A DNA stretch of 52,018 nucleotides, the filler included, from Catajapyx aquilonaris (taxonomy: Eukaryota): NCBI GenBank assembly GCA_000934665.2. It is 3 parts of 3 records of this genome, joined end to end, with 100 filler letters (N's around TTAATTAATTAA, not from the genome) between each part and the next. Parts side by side here need not be neighbours in the genome. Positions count along the whole stretch, not along the records: positions 34,737 to 52,018 come from JYFJ02006990.1; 2 more parts are not named here. One strand, written 5' to 3'. Position 1 is the stretch's first letter, and each line of letters starts with the position of its first letter. Shown piece by piece: positions 35,252 to 49,500 of this stretch. Below the pieces are notes generated by a model, which was not told where the DNA came from, did no database searches, and was given only the letters and a program-made list of their open reading frames with translations. The translations under genes and the position numbers were made by a program.

Positions 35252-38200
35252 CTGGATAACAATGTGCACAATAGAAAAGGTTCTGAATTTTAAAAAATTA
35301 CAAGTTGAATGAGGAGTTTCTAGACACATTTTGTTCTAGCTTGTAATAGAAGTGTTGTAACCTTAATGCCATGCTTAATACCTTTTGCCATTATTGCAAC
35401 ATGCAGGGTGAAGGGAAACTTGCGGACAATCACCAGGTAAACTTATAGTACTCGCAAAACTACAGGGTGGACGGAAAGTTTCGGACCCCCCCCCCCCCNG
35501 GTTTTTTAACCCTACTTTTCACAGCGTCTTTTCACATCTTTTAAAAGTCCACAAGCAGTTCTAATGTACACTATCTTTTGAAGCATAATCTTGAGAACAT
35601 CTGAGCACCATTGCTCTCGCAATTCCATTAATAACTTCGCCTCTGTGACTCATCTAAACATCCTATCTGTTTTGCGTTTATTTTGCTTGTTGCCTTGGAG
35701 GACCCCTGGTCATATTCTGCGTCAGATAAGGTTTTTATGACCATTTTCCATGAGTTCCCCTTCATGCAAATGTTGTGAACTCACCCCTGACCTTATTTTT
35801 CGCCTTGGTCCATAACCTGGTCCAATAAAAATTTGAACAGGAATGCATGAAATGGTGGACCCAGATGCATTACTTTCGAATTGGTACCATCACATTTGTC
35901 TTCATTTTTACTTTCAAATAATTTTTTGATGGGAAAGGACAGTAAACAGTCCTACCTTGGTAAATTAATCAACATGACACATCCTTTCGTTCATGTCCTT
36001 TCGCACCAAAAAATTATTTTAAAGTAAAAATGGAGACAAATGTGATGGTACCAATGTGAGAATTCGAAAGTAATGCATCCGGGTCCGCCATTTCATGCAT
36101 TCCTTTTCAAATTTTTATTGGACAAGGTTATGGACCAATGCAAAAAATAAGGTCAGGAGTGAGTTCACAACATTTGCATGAAGGGGAACTCATGGAAAAG
36201 GGTCATAAAAACCTTATCTGACGCAGAATATGACCAGGTGTCCTCCAAGGCAACAAGCAAAATAAACGCAAAACAGATAGGATGTTTAGATGAGTCACAG
36301 AGGCGAAGTTATTAATGGAATTGTGAGAGCGAAGGTGCTCAGATGTTCTCAAGATTATGCTTCAAAAGATAGTGTACATTAGAACTGCTTGTGGACTTTT
36401 AAAAGATGTGACAAGACGCTGTTAAAAGTAGAGTTAAAAAACCTGGGGGGGTCCGAAACTTTCTGTCCACCCTGTAATATAGGGATGTGCAATTAGTTTT
36501 TGGCTCTGTAGCATAGTTAATGCGTATGGTGCCCTTAAAGTGTAGCGGGCCGGATGGTGGAATATGAGGATAAAACGACAAAGTGCACGGGTGTCGTACC
36601 CGGATTCTTACTCTGACGGGATTTGATCGCCTTTTGCACATGGACAATGTGTTGGGGACCAAGGGAAGGGACTGGAGACCCTCGAACTGACTCTTGCCTC
36701 TTAGAAGCTGCAGGAATGGATGTGACATCACGAAACTTTGACGGCACCATACGCATCAACTAGGCAACAGAGCCCAAAATTAATTGCACAGCCCTATATT
36801 AGCTTTATGAGTACTATCAGTCTACCTGGTGATTTTCCGCGAGTTTCCCTTCACCCTGTATATTCCTTGCCACTTACTCTTAAGGTCAAAGGCCCTATCA
36901 TCCCATTTGCTTTCCTCTTCAATCCTCTTCTGCTGCTCCTTAACAGCTGCCAGCAAAACTGTTTGCTCCTTCAGGATCACTACTTCTTCCCTCTGAATCC
37001 TCTCCTTCTCCTTAGCTTGGTAGTCAACAATATACCTGGGATACTCATTGAAGTAAGGGTAACCACAAGAAGAAGGAATGGGTTCCAGCCTTCGAGGTCG
37101 CAGATGTCGCCGAGGGTGAATATCATCTGGAGTGCTGTCCATCAGTGAATAAACCTTTCTCAAGAAATGCTTCATGCTCACTATGTTCTGGCTGTGAAAG
37201 AAAAGCTGGAGGAGGTGGAGACTCGTTCTGTAAAAATGCTGCTCAAATTATGCTTAGGTGGAAATGTTGTCCTATGATAATAGCAAGTTAGCAACTAGTG
37301 GAAATTTGGAAACATAGAGAATGATTTTGTTCAGGTAAAGGCTGGTTACATGGCATTTAGGTGAGTTCACAGATAGTGTGTGTGGGTGTATGTGTGGGTG
37401 TGTGGGGAGGATACAGGGGGTACACCTCAGTCATAGCTATTTAAGTGTCCGGAGAGACATTTACATTGAAATATTTGCCAACTAATTGACAAAAAAAATC
37501 AACAATGAAACCAATAAAATAGTTGCAGGCTCTCTTAATAGTTAATTTTGAGAAAACACAAATTTATTTATAGCAATAAAAGTACTTTATTATATCATAA
37601 TTTAAGGGATCATCTTTTCATTAACAGTCTTTAATCACTGCCTGTACTGTGAAGTACTTTATCAGATCATGGTTATTAAAAGCATTTGTAGAATGGTACT
37701 TCAAATGGCCCTAACTTTGAACATTCCAGAGATGGAATGCTAACATTTGAGAGAAATTTGATCTGGAGTTCGAAGGATGCTGCTAAGTTCGAACTGTGCG
37801 TGGAGTGAAAAAATGTGCTTGCTGTGAAAGCATTTGGCTGTTTGGTTTGATGCAACAGCCAGGACTTGAACTTTAGATAGCCCCCATTAGGCCTATTTGG
37901 CAAGGTCAGTCCGTAACTTACCTGATAAAGTTATTTTTTTGTTTTATTTACATACTTTATTTATTGTTTTCATGTTTTAATTTATTATTAAGGGCAGTTG
38001 TTTTATTTTCACCTCAAATTATGTGCATTTGCTGTTAAGTTTATCGAAATAGGTATTGTTTAGGGTCTGGGAACAGATTAATTCACTCTCATATGATTTC
38101 TAAAGGGAAAATTTGATTTGGACTTTGAACAATTCAGAATTCAAAAGGGCTCCTAGAACAAATTACATTCGAAGGATGAGGCACCATTGCACTGTAGAGT

Positions 38201-41200
38201 TTTTTAAGAACATGATGAAAACTCTCTTCAGGTAGAACACCTGGAGGTGAATAATAATTTATCATGGTATGACTGTATTATTGACGCAATCAGAGAATAG
38301 AAGTGATGTCACAAGCCTTTAATATTGCTAGTTTCATTGTTGAGTGTGACTATTGCCCATTGTAACATCACTACTCATTGTTTGAATAACAAGATACCAG
38401 AATATCAGGCTCAGCAGTTCTAGTTTTATCAGATGTGCTGAAATCTAAAATGTCAGAGTAATATTTATCCATGCCCAAGTCTTGAAGCAATACTCGGATC
38501 ACAGGATTTATACGAGGGCGAATCGAAAAGTAATTCACAACTTTTTTATTTCCGAAGCTTCACAACAGAAACTGAAGCTGAGATATACATATGAAAGGGC
38601 AAGTCTTTCTCTATTTTTAGACATAGTCACTATACACTTTGGTGCACTTGTCACACTGGGACATGAGTTTTTCCAGGCCACTGCAGAAAAAAGGGCATCG
38701 GGCTGGCTTGGAAGCCAGGCCCTAACGCCCTCCTTCACTTCAGCCATGTCTTGACAAGCCAGTACTTCTTTTTTGGTCCAAAGAGATGGTAGACCATGGT
38801 TAAGACTATCATTTCTTACCAATAAAGAAGCACCTGGCTGGTTGGAACTTCAGCGACATTGAAGAAGTGAAAGAGGCCATCCGCCACTGGCCCCCCAGCC
38901 ATCCTGACCCTTTTTTCTGCCGTGTCATGGAAAAACTCATGTCCCAGTGGGACAAGTGTACCAAAGTGTGTGGTGACTATGTCCAAAATTAGGGAAAGAT
39001 TTGTCCTTTCATATGTATATCCCAGTTTCAGTATCTGATGCGAAACTTTGGAAATAAAAAATGTGAATTACTTTTTGATTTACCCTCGTAGTTCCTGAAA
39101 ACCACTGCAGGTATTTCACTGCAAAGTTCATATTTATTACGTCTTTTAAGCTACAAGACTGTGTTGTCAAGTACAAATGGAGTCGCAAAGTGAGCAACCA
39201 CAAACTTCGTGTGATAGAGGAGAGGAGGGAATAGGAGGGAAATGTTACCCCAAATGCCATGATGGGTCACGCAGAGTCCAAAAAAACGCATCGTGTGATT
39301 TGTAAATGTCCCCTTAATTCATTTGATTGTAGGCTATAAAAGCAGTAGGCCTACTATAAATTGAACAAGTCAACAGGGTGGATTCATCAAAAGTCGCAAG
39401 TAAAATTTTCGTCGTGACCAGTAGTAACCTTAGTTCTAATAGTTAACTATGGTTATGACAAAAATTTGAATTACAACCTTTGATGAACCCCCTGATAGTC
39501 CGGATGGTAAGGGTTTGAACCGTTCACTTTGTGAAGAAAGCATGAAATTTGGCATAGATGTAGAATAAACCTTACTCTTCAAATACAGATGTGGAGCCAT
39601 GCGAGATTTTGCCCCGGAGGCGGGTTGGCTACCCTGAAGCGAGTGAAAAGTCTTTTTCTGATAGGCGGATAAGTGCCAAACAAATGTTGTGGGGAAACAT
39701 GTATCCTACAAAAAGTATATAGTAACTTTTCCACGTACGGTCCGTATTTTCGGAGCTACAGCAACTTGAACCAAATTACGGGACGAAAAAAAAAGTCAAC
39801 CGTGCATTGATGAAATTTGGTAAGAATGTCCCTGAGACCATACTGTTCCAATCCAGATATGGCGCCACGGCCGTTTTCGTCCTGGAGGCCCGTAATTGCG
39901 GGTTGGCTACCTTGAAGCGAGTTGAAAGTATTTTCTGAGCGAACTATGCTTCTCAGAAGGAAATGTGCCAAACAAAGGTTGTACAGAAACATGTATTCTA
40001 CAAAAAGGTATAAGTACATTTTCCACTGAGAGTCCTTATTTTCAGAGCTGCAGCGACTTGAAAAATACTTTTAACTCGCTGAAGGTAGCCAACCGGCAAT
40101 TACGGGCCTCCGGGGCGAAAACTGGGGTGGCTCCACATCTGGATTGGAAGAGTATGGTCTCAGGGACATTCTTACCAAATTTCATCAATGCACGGTTGAC
40201 TTTTTTTTTCGTCCCGTAATTTGGTTCAAGTCGCTGTAGCTCCGAAAATACGGACCGTACGTGGAAAAGTTACTATATACTTTTTGTAGGATACATGTTT
40301 CCCCACAACATTTGTTTGGCACATATCCGCCTAAGAAGCATAGTTCGCTCAGAAAAAGACTTCACTCGCTTCAGGGTAGCCAACCCGCCTCCGGGGCAAA
40401 ATCTCGCATGGCTCCACATCTGTATTTGAAGAGTAAGGTTTATTCTACATATATGCCAAATTTCATGCCTTCTTCACAAAGTGAACGGTTCGCCTCAAAA
40501 TTGGCTCTTAGCGTCCGGACTATGAAGCATAACATGACTTCCTCCCTTGGTGTAACTACAGTGACAATAGAAACAACAGTAAAAACAATATTCTCATTTA
40601 AAAAATAATAATAACCCCGTGATAGGGCGGAGGCCTTTTAGGGGGGAAGGGGAGGTTCCTGAGGGAGGGCGCTGTAATTACAGTCATTTATGACTTTCTG
40701 AAATACACCAGACCTTTTCTCCTGGCCCTGGGCAGAGTAGGGAGTACAATTCTGCCCCAGCGTGTCGGGTGAAAAGCGGAAAAAGACCCGGCCAAGCAGA
40801 GGTGATGGGAACGGGATTTGAACCCCGGCCTCCTGCTTGGCTGGCCAGTGGCGTAACCACCACACCACCATGCCTCCCCATACTCCCATAATATCTCACA
40901 TGTGAACTATTTGCACATAACCCCTCACCTCAAAGTTATCCTCAGTTTCAATACGAAGAAGGGCGGGTCGGAAAATGATGTTGTATGCTACGGCTGCCAC
41001 AATGAAGAAGGAAGGATGATTGCTCAAAATGTGATCCCACAGCTGCAGCCAATCAGATATAGGTAGCACCTTGAACAAAGTGGAGAAAAGGAAAACTTTA
41101 TTACTATTATAATAATAGAAGCACATACAGTATATGTAAGGTGTTCCAATTAAAACAGTAGTGGTTAGTAATTTTTTGCTAACTTTTAATCAGTTACTTG

Positions 41201-43731
41201 AAGTAGTTACTCTTGGTGATTATCAAATATTTAGCTGCTAATGTTGGGCTATATGGATCCATCCTTTATTAATCTGCAAAACATGGATTCTGCCGTTGTC
41301 GTTTGATGCCAATTGTTCCAATGGGCCATTCCCAATCAGAAAGTCATTTTATTAATATACTCTGAGAAGCTTTTGGAGGGGTGCCACTATGCCAAAAGTG
41401 ACAGAAACTATCTTTATGGCATAATATGTGAGGAAAATGTGTTTTCTTTGAAGGAGAAACTTTTTTGTTAACAACGTGACAACAATCATCACTGGTGGAA
41501 TTCAGGACGAGTTTCCGTGATACCGGCACTTTGTGAAGAGATAAAGGCCCTGTTTTCCTCTCCCTTGTACAAGCTAATCTGCATACTTTGTGATCCCAAA
41601 CTTGCAATAATAAGTACCAGCGAGAGAAAGCAGCCAATTCTTGCACCTGATTCATCTGTTGGCTTCTCGCTCCCACTTAAATGTCTCAAATTTGCTCGAA
41701 ACACCAGTTCTTGTGATCACACCTTAAAAGGCAATAAATAATTGACCAGATTTTGATTCCCTTACTTCTGAGAAAGCAGTCCTTAAGAGAGGCCAGATGT
41801 AAACTTGTGAAGTGATTCCTTTCTTCTTGTAACTCTGCAGCAGCTCATGGTCATGGTGTGACAAGACATTCTCTGCCATGTTGAGAACTCCAAGAGGAGG
41901 AAATGGGTGGTATTGAAACCACATTTGGCACCAGTTCACTTAGCAAAGTATAAAAAGAATAATTTGGTAAAAAATACACTGTAACCAATTATGTTACAGT
42001 AATAGAAACAGGAACTCACATAAAACAGTTGCCGCAACCTCGAAGCAGGTCATGGAACACACAACAAACAGTTTCATGAAGGGGAAGACAAATGAAGGAA
42101 GGTACTTTAATTCACCAAAGATGGGCGACCAGTGGGCTAAGGATGAACACAATCTGTTGAAGTAGAACATAATTAATGCCTTGTCTGTGTGATAATTAGA
42201 AGGTGGATAGTTATGTTTTTACATATTTTTTCCATCTTTATGCACTTCTCGTGGGGCGTGATTTGTACGAAAATCCGAATCATGACATCTGGAGTCCAAA
42301 AAAGTGGGTCTTACTTGGCATGTCATAGAATATTGCGAGCGTAACGACATATTTTGGCTTTAGTGACATATTTGGAATATTTTAGGCTTTTTCCCTCATT
42401 AATCTTGTTATCGACGTATTTCTATTCAAATTTATATATTTTTATTTTCATTAGTTTTATTAGTTTTTTATTACGAGAAGGCAGCAATTGACTGTATCAA
42501 ATAGTCTCTCATTGCCACTTCAATGAACGTAGTGAAATTGAAGACGATTGATGTAGTTGTGATTAAGTTGTGATGTTACTACTGTAAGAAATAAACCTCT
42601 TGTGTGAGATAAAGTCTCAAGTCCATGGCACATAATTTGCATGTATTTATTTTTCAGGGTAAAGCAAGAATAAATCGCTAATTGAACACAGGCTTTAGAA
42701 AATATTTCAGATAATATTTCGCTTTTTTTAGGGAATATTTGCATGAATATTTCGACCTTTTTAAGAGCATAACTATCCGCAATCTAGTGATAATATAGGA
42801 CACTAATTAAAGCATATCAGATGATGTGACTATAATGCAGGTGATGTTCAAAAATCTTAATTTCAAATGAGTATTACATAAAGAAGTATTTAGTAAAATT
42901 GCTACAAAAAAAAATTCATTAACCCTGCAATGGTGATGTACAAAAAGGTTGCCCTCTGATGATGTGAGCACTTTTGGTGATTAAGTCGCATTTTTTGTTA
43001 TAACATAACATGAGAAATATGACACATTTGGGCTTCATTTACACAATTTTGGTATTGATTCCTTCTGTGAGCAATTGCAAATTGGGTTCTGTTTACATTT
43101 TTTGAGCATATAGCATAATTAGGAGAAAAAGAATTTATGCATGCATGTGTAGTTGGGACCATAACGTGCCACATCACTGAAGCCTGTCCAGTTTCCTTTG
43201 AAGAAGCTGCCATCAGACTGAGTCAGGGGTTGTTTGCCTATATTTCGAAGTCCCTGGAAAATTCCCATTTCCAACAAGCAAATCATATGTATTGGCCGCC
43301 AAGACAATGATATGTAATGAATCTGCTGACTGACTAGTGTTGGAGGGCATAATTATAGTGAGAGGGAGGTGCAGGGAACAGGTGGAAGTGAGATTAGGAT
43401 TGGGGGATAAGGCATGAAGTGTTGGGGTGCAATAAAATATAGAAAGTATCCATTTTATGTCGCATAATTTTACGTCATTTCACATTAATTCCGGTTTTAA
43501 AATAACAATTCAAAAATTCGCACATTTTAAGGTAACACAATTTAAGCATAGTCTTGGCACTCCCCGAAGCACTCTAACCATTGTTACGAAACCCTACATG
43601 TACTGCAGTTCTTGCTGTAGAAGGGAAAGGAGCCCTCAGAACCCGATGACCCTCAAATGACCTTCAACTTGGGACCTCCCATTAAATGTGTGTAATAAAT
43701 GTTTCAAATATTCAATATATAAAAGAGCAAT

Positions 43732-43763
<32 letters not shown>

Positions 43764-46452
43764 TGGTACCCCCTTGAGACTTAGTGGTCAATGTGTGTGT
43801 GGGGGGGGGGGGGGGGGGNAGAGGGCGGGGCAGGGGTGCAGTGGAAGGAAGCGGCTGTGGCCTATTTTACGGCACGATCCCAGAATTTTCCTGGGGCGAC
43901 CTTGGAAAACCACAGAAAACCAAGGTCAGGACCACCGGCCTCCGGGACTCGAACCCAGGACCTCCCGATTAGCAGTAGGACACCATATCCACTCCACCAC
44001 TACTGCTTCGGTTATAAAAGAGCCATATTAGTCCTATCTATGGAAAAATTTTAGGAATTTTTGAACCTATCTCTATAAATATATTATAATTTTGCCTCAT
44101 TTCATGCTGATTCACTTTACACTGCTAAGTTGCTGGAACTAATTACCAGGGTAAAACAGGTACTTCCTGTAAATCCTTTCTGTGTAATCCAACATCATTA
44201 CTTATTTTGCCATGGCAGGAATTGCCTCAAGACATAAATACTTTGAAAAATACTGTATGCCAAGTAAAAATTTTAAGAAGAAGTTGCGCCTGTCAAAACA
44301 GAAATCATGATTGTGTGCTGAAGGCCAACAAATGCTATTGTGGCTTTGCCAAGGGCCAAGTTAAGCTACATTGCAACTGAAAAGGAAATCAAATCTTCCA
44401 TGCTTCTCTCTCCAGGCAAGCCACCATTAGCAAAGTTGTCATGATCATCTTGGCCCCTGCCACTCCCCTACCGCTCAACTTCTCGACCGCTCATGGCAAA
44501 CTTCATTCTTTTGGGCTTACTTGTTAGTGAATTTCTCTGGTGGGCCAACAATACCATCACATTTTCTCTTGTACCAACATTCCCCATCACAGAATAACCA
44601 GTTTCAAAGATACAAGGGAAAACCAAAAAGTAATTCACAACTTTTTAAATTCCAAAGCTTCCCTACAGAAACTAAAACTGGCATATACAGTACTGTACAT
44701 ATGAAAAGGCAAGCCTTTCTAATTTTAGGCGTAGTCAGCACACACTTTGGTGCAATTGTCCCATCAGGACACTAGTTTTTCCATGCCACTGCAGAAAAAA
44801 GTGTCAGGATGGGTGGGAAGCCGGTGGTGGACTGTCTCTTTCACTTTCTCGTTGTTGCTGAAGTGCTGACCAACCAGATGCTTCTTTTTTGGTACGAAAT
44901 GAAGGTTTTAACCATGGTCTACCATCTCTTCAGACCAAAAAAGAAGCATGCCTGGCCGTCCACCAGTGACATCGAGGAAGTGAAAGAGACCGTCCAAGCC
45001 AGCTTCCAAGCCAGCCCAACACTTTTGCTGCAGTGCCATGGTAAAACAAGTGTAACTAACAAATGCACCAAAGTGTATGGTGAGTTGGTGACTATGTCTA
45101 AAATTAGAGAAAGACTTGTCCTTTCACATAACCAGAATGTTCCAAGTTCATGGGTCATTTTTAGTTATAACTTATAAGTAATAATGACTGAAGTAGTTAC
45201 TTTTGTGTAGCTTGTTGTGCCCTGATCCAGGTGCCCTCTACAAAAAATAACAGCTTAAGTGAAATTTCCTAAAACTACAAGGACAATAATATACTTGGAA
45301 CACCATGTACATGTAAGTTTCAGTTTCTGGAGTGAAGCACCCAAATCTAAAAAGTTGTGAATGACTTTTTTATTAGCCCTTGTTCTTGGGCTCAGACAGC
45401 ATATAGTACACTGTTCCTTCATAAGATCAGGCAGCACCAGGCTGCTCTGATTGGGAGGGCAAGAGGTAGGGAGAAGCTCATTATCTTGTGAAGGTGGCAC
45501 ATATGTACAAGGAAATGAGAAAAAGTATAAAGACAGCCCAGGTTATTTATAAAAAGGACAGAGTTGAGAAGGGTTACACCCAGCCAGATGTTAACTGCAA
45601 GTGTATCTTGATTATGTAGGCTATAATCAAGATACACTTGCAGTTAACATCATGCAAATAAATGTACCACCCAAATTCATGAGTCCTAACAGGACAGTAC
45701 TGCGCTTACTTTTGCAGTCCCTTTGCAAGCGTCTCATCTTCCACAGGCTGTTCCCAAGGCTGATTCTGGTAAGCAAAATGGATACCCCTAGATGCGAGGC
45801 AAGAGTAGGCATGCTTATTGCCCGGAATCTTCAGTAACACCCTCCATATCAGCTGGCGGTACCTCTCAGGGTACTCCATGAACTCCATTAATATGGGGCG
45901 TAGTCTCTTCATGGTTATAGATTTAGGGGCCTCCATCAAGTTGCTAGGTTCCTCCATTTTGGTAATCTGGCCTTCCAGCTGGATCTCAGTGTCTTGGGCC
46001 TCTCCTCCAAGAAGTGTGGCAAGGAGGTACAGAACTATCATACCATCTGACTTGACAAGTGCTAGGTACTTTCCACCTGTAGCACATTCCATCTTGACTG
46101 AAAAGGTTGTATGATTGAAACCCAAATGCTCTAAAGTCATGCCAACAATTTGGTAGCATTTCATCACTTACTGAGCACACTGCACAATGCAGGAAGTCCC
46201 CAAGTTACGAACAACCTGACTTATGCCAATCTGTCCTCATGAATGGGCCCCCAAGGATCCCCATAAGATTGATTTATAATTATCCCTCCATTCTCAAGCC
46301 CTTCTGCATGTGCTGACCCACACCACGTTCAACATAAATAGTCTACCGTAATTAAATTAATAATTTGCAGGCTACTTTCTTCTGCGCATGTAGAGGAACC
46401 GACATGCCATATTATCAGTTCCTCATCACAGCATATCTACGCTAGCAGTGTC

Positions 46453-46521
<69 letters not shown>

Positions 46522-49500
46522 TCATACCCCGTTATCAGCCTATCGGCTCTTTAGGGGGAAGTTTTGTTTTGCCTGGAACTCTTTGCTTTCATTTTACTGT
46601 GCTTTTTGGGATAGGATAGGGACGGGAGGAAGCGGCTGCGGCCTATTAATTACGGAAACAACTCCGGAATTTTCCTGGAAGAACTGTGGGAAACCACAGA
46701 AAACCACGGTCAGAGTTGCCGGCCCCGGGATTTGATCCCAGGACTTCTCGATTAGCAGTCGGACACCATATCCCCTACTCCAAACTGCTTCAGTGTTGTT
46801 GTTGTTGTTGTTGTTGTTAATATTACCACCACGAGGGCCTTTCCAAAAAAATTTCAATTCAATTTTGTACAAAAAATACAGAGACCAAGCAGGTCGGCAG
46901 ATAGGCACACATTATCAATAGAATCCTCCTGGAGCCAAATACACTCGCACCATGGATGTGGCAACATCTCCAGGCCTTGCAGGAACCAAGGTGTGGTGCA
47001 CTCACTCCCGGTCAACTGCTTGCAGTCAATAATGTCCTCGAAATAGCATCAGTGATGGGGTTTTTTCATGGAGTTGAACAGGTGAAATTCATTGGGGGCC
47101 AATCCGGGGTATTGCAGCAGGTATGGAAGCTCCCCAAGCCATATCCATGGGGGGAAAAAACCCTTTGACAACTCCATTTCGAGGATATTATTGAGTGCAA
47201 GCAGTTGTCCAAGAGTGGATGTGCTGCACCACCAAGAAGTGGTTCTTGGAGGGCCTGGAGAGGCTCCCTCACCCATGGAACCAGTGCATTCAGCTCCAGG
47301 AAGATTCTATCCTATCCATAATGTGTGTGTATTGGCCTACCTGCGTGGGCCCTGTATTTTTGGCAAATCATTTTGGAATGGCCCTTGTGTATACAATAAA
47401 ACCTCGATATAACGCTCCTCAAGAGACAAATCCAAAGTAGGGTTTGAGTGGGAATTCATTATGTGTGGGAAATGCGATTTAATTCACCCTCTTCTCAGGA
47501 AATGAATTCCTTCACTGTTGCTATGTATATACGCATAAATGCTTTGACTGACTTGCCCCCGTACAGTACCAAGTAGACCCCAAAAACATCCCTAAAGTAC
47601 GGTACTCAAAAAATAGTGACTAAACTGGGCCATAGTTCACATAAGCAGCCTGTTCACAAAATTTCATGCGCAAGGCCTAGCTCCTTTACACCATGTCACA
47701 AAGGCCCTCACACCTCCAAAATGTATGAAGAAATGCGCTGTTATTCATCGCTTGTTGTCAATTGCTGTTGAAGTAGTATGGTTACCATGGTGGTTGCTAT
47801 GGTTTCCAAGATTTAGACATGTGTGTGTTTTTTATGATGCATCACAAAACAGTGAATTGTTGTACAAGTGTGTTACTGTGGTATTACTAGGATAATACTA
47901 AGGGTATGAGGTGTTTGTATGATGAATGACACGCCATTTTTTTCTTACTTAACGACACGTCTGGGGCACCAAGTGTATTGGCAAAAAATGCTTCTTTCAA
48001 GTCACTCTGTCGTTCCACAAAAAATGCGCACTTATTTCGTTCACACGTAGTGTATGTAGGAAAGTTTTGTAAGTGGGAAGTGTTATACATGGTGCTACGC
48101 AAAATTTCCGAGAATTTGTACATAAAAGCATTAATATTCAAAAATTTGAGTAAGTAGCCACCTTCAAAGGAGTTACCTAGGGCATGTATACAACGATTCC
48201 AGCGAATTTCCAATTTTTGGAAGCATCCAAAAAAATTGGCCAACAGTAGTGTGTTCAACACCTGCTGCGATTTTGCTTAGATCTCTTTAGTGGAGTCAAA
48301 ATGCTTCATTTTCTACCCAAATTTAATTTTAGGGAAGAGGTAGGCCTTGTTAAGCCCAAGTTTTGTTGAGCTGGAAGCAAAATTTAATACAAATCCTTTG
48401 CTCCTTAACATCAGCCATTTCGAAAAATCGCAGAAACACAAGAACACAGTGTCAAGAAAACTGCCGAAACTCGGAAACATGTGCACCTATGAAGACAATA
48501 TTTTTCAGACTAATAGCTAAAAGGTGCACCTAGCGCCCCCTAGCGTCACAAGTTCGTACCTCCACTGGTTTGCACGGTATATCCAAATTCTCGATAATTT
48601 TTGGTAACACCTCGTATGTGGGAAAATTTACCATTGACCCTCATGGGGCTAATCAAGGGACGGGAAAAAAATGGGGTGTTAAAAGTGGGATAGTGTTTTA
48701 CTGTATACATTGTTCCTCAGAGATGACCTACACACATTTTCTGAAATGTATCTTGTTCGTAATCCAGGGACTCCCTATAATGATGGCAGGTTAAGTACCA
48801 GTTAATAATTATTATGAAGAGAGACCGGATTTTTAGGCAAATGCCTATTTAGTTCCTTAACAGTTGGGATCGTTTTGTGAAAAGATCTATCCATTTCATA
48901 AGTGCAGCATGTGGAAAATGTAGGTTTTATAGTGCCTAAAATGGCCTATTTCGTGGTTTTGGGAACTATGTTGGCTATTCTGCCTTTTTGCGACTATTCA
49001 CGCCTATGTGGCCTTTTTTGGGATAGTTTTTTAACTTTTTGCAGTAATTTAGGGACTTTTTGGGACTATTCCGGGCCTATTCCTTCAGAGGCATGTTTGG
49101 TTATTTGAGGAGTATATTTTTGTGCTCCTAAAAGGACCAAAATCGTTCAGACGTAATACAAATCATGTTTCTGTGACATGTATTTATGCCAAATATTTTT
49201 CTAAATTTTCCTCTGATTGGAAAAATATTTGGCAACATATTGTGAAAGTCTGAAGCAAGTGGAAACTGGCTATAAGCAGTCGAGTCCAGAGCAAGTGATA
49301 CTTGCTTGCACTTTGTGTCTTTTGCCCAAGTTTTGTGATTTTCTGTAAGTTTATTGTTGTTATTCGATTTTTGATCTGGTTTGCGACCTTATATATTTAT
49401 ACTTTGGGCCTATAAAATTATTCTGGCTTTTTTATTTTCTGTAACATTATCCTCCATATGCCCAAAAAAGGAAACTTTTTGTGCCTATTTGAGGGTTTTT

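Noticed and set aside
43940..44009. tRNA gene (also at 40810-40878 and 46720-46791)
   Set aside because: A and B boxes are present but there is no acceptor stem, and each runs into a SINE body.
46098..46180. Longer start for the TBC1D31 exon, as suggested by ORFs 45706-46167 and 45986-46180
   Set aside because: The acceptor at 46097 gives the phase needed to join the upstream exon and keeps colinearity with TBC1D31.
46448..46735. Poly-isoleucine ORF
   Set aside because: Translation of a (TAA)n microsatellite and an antisense SINE.
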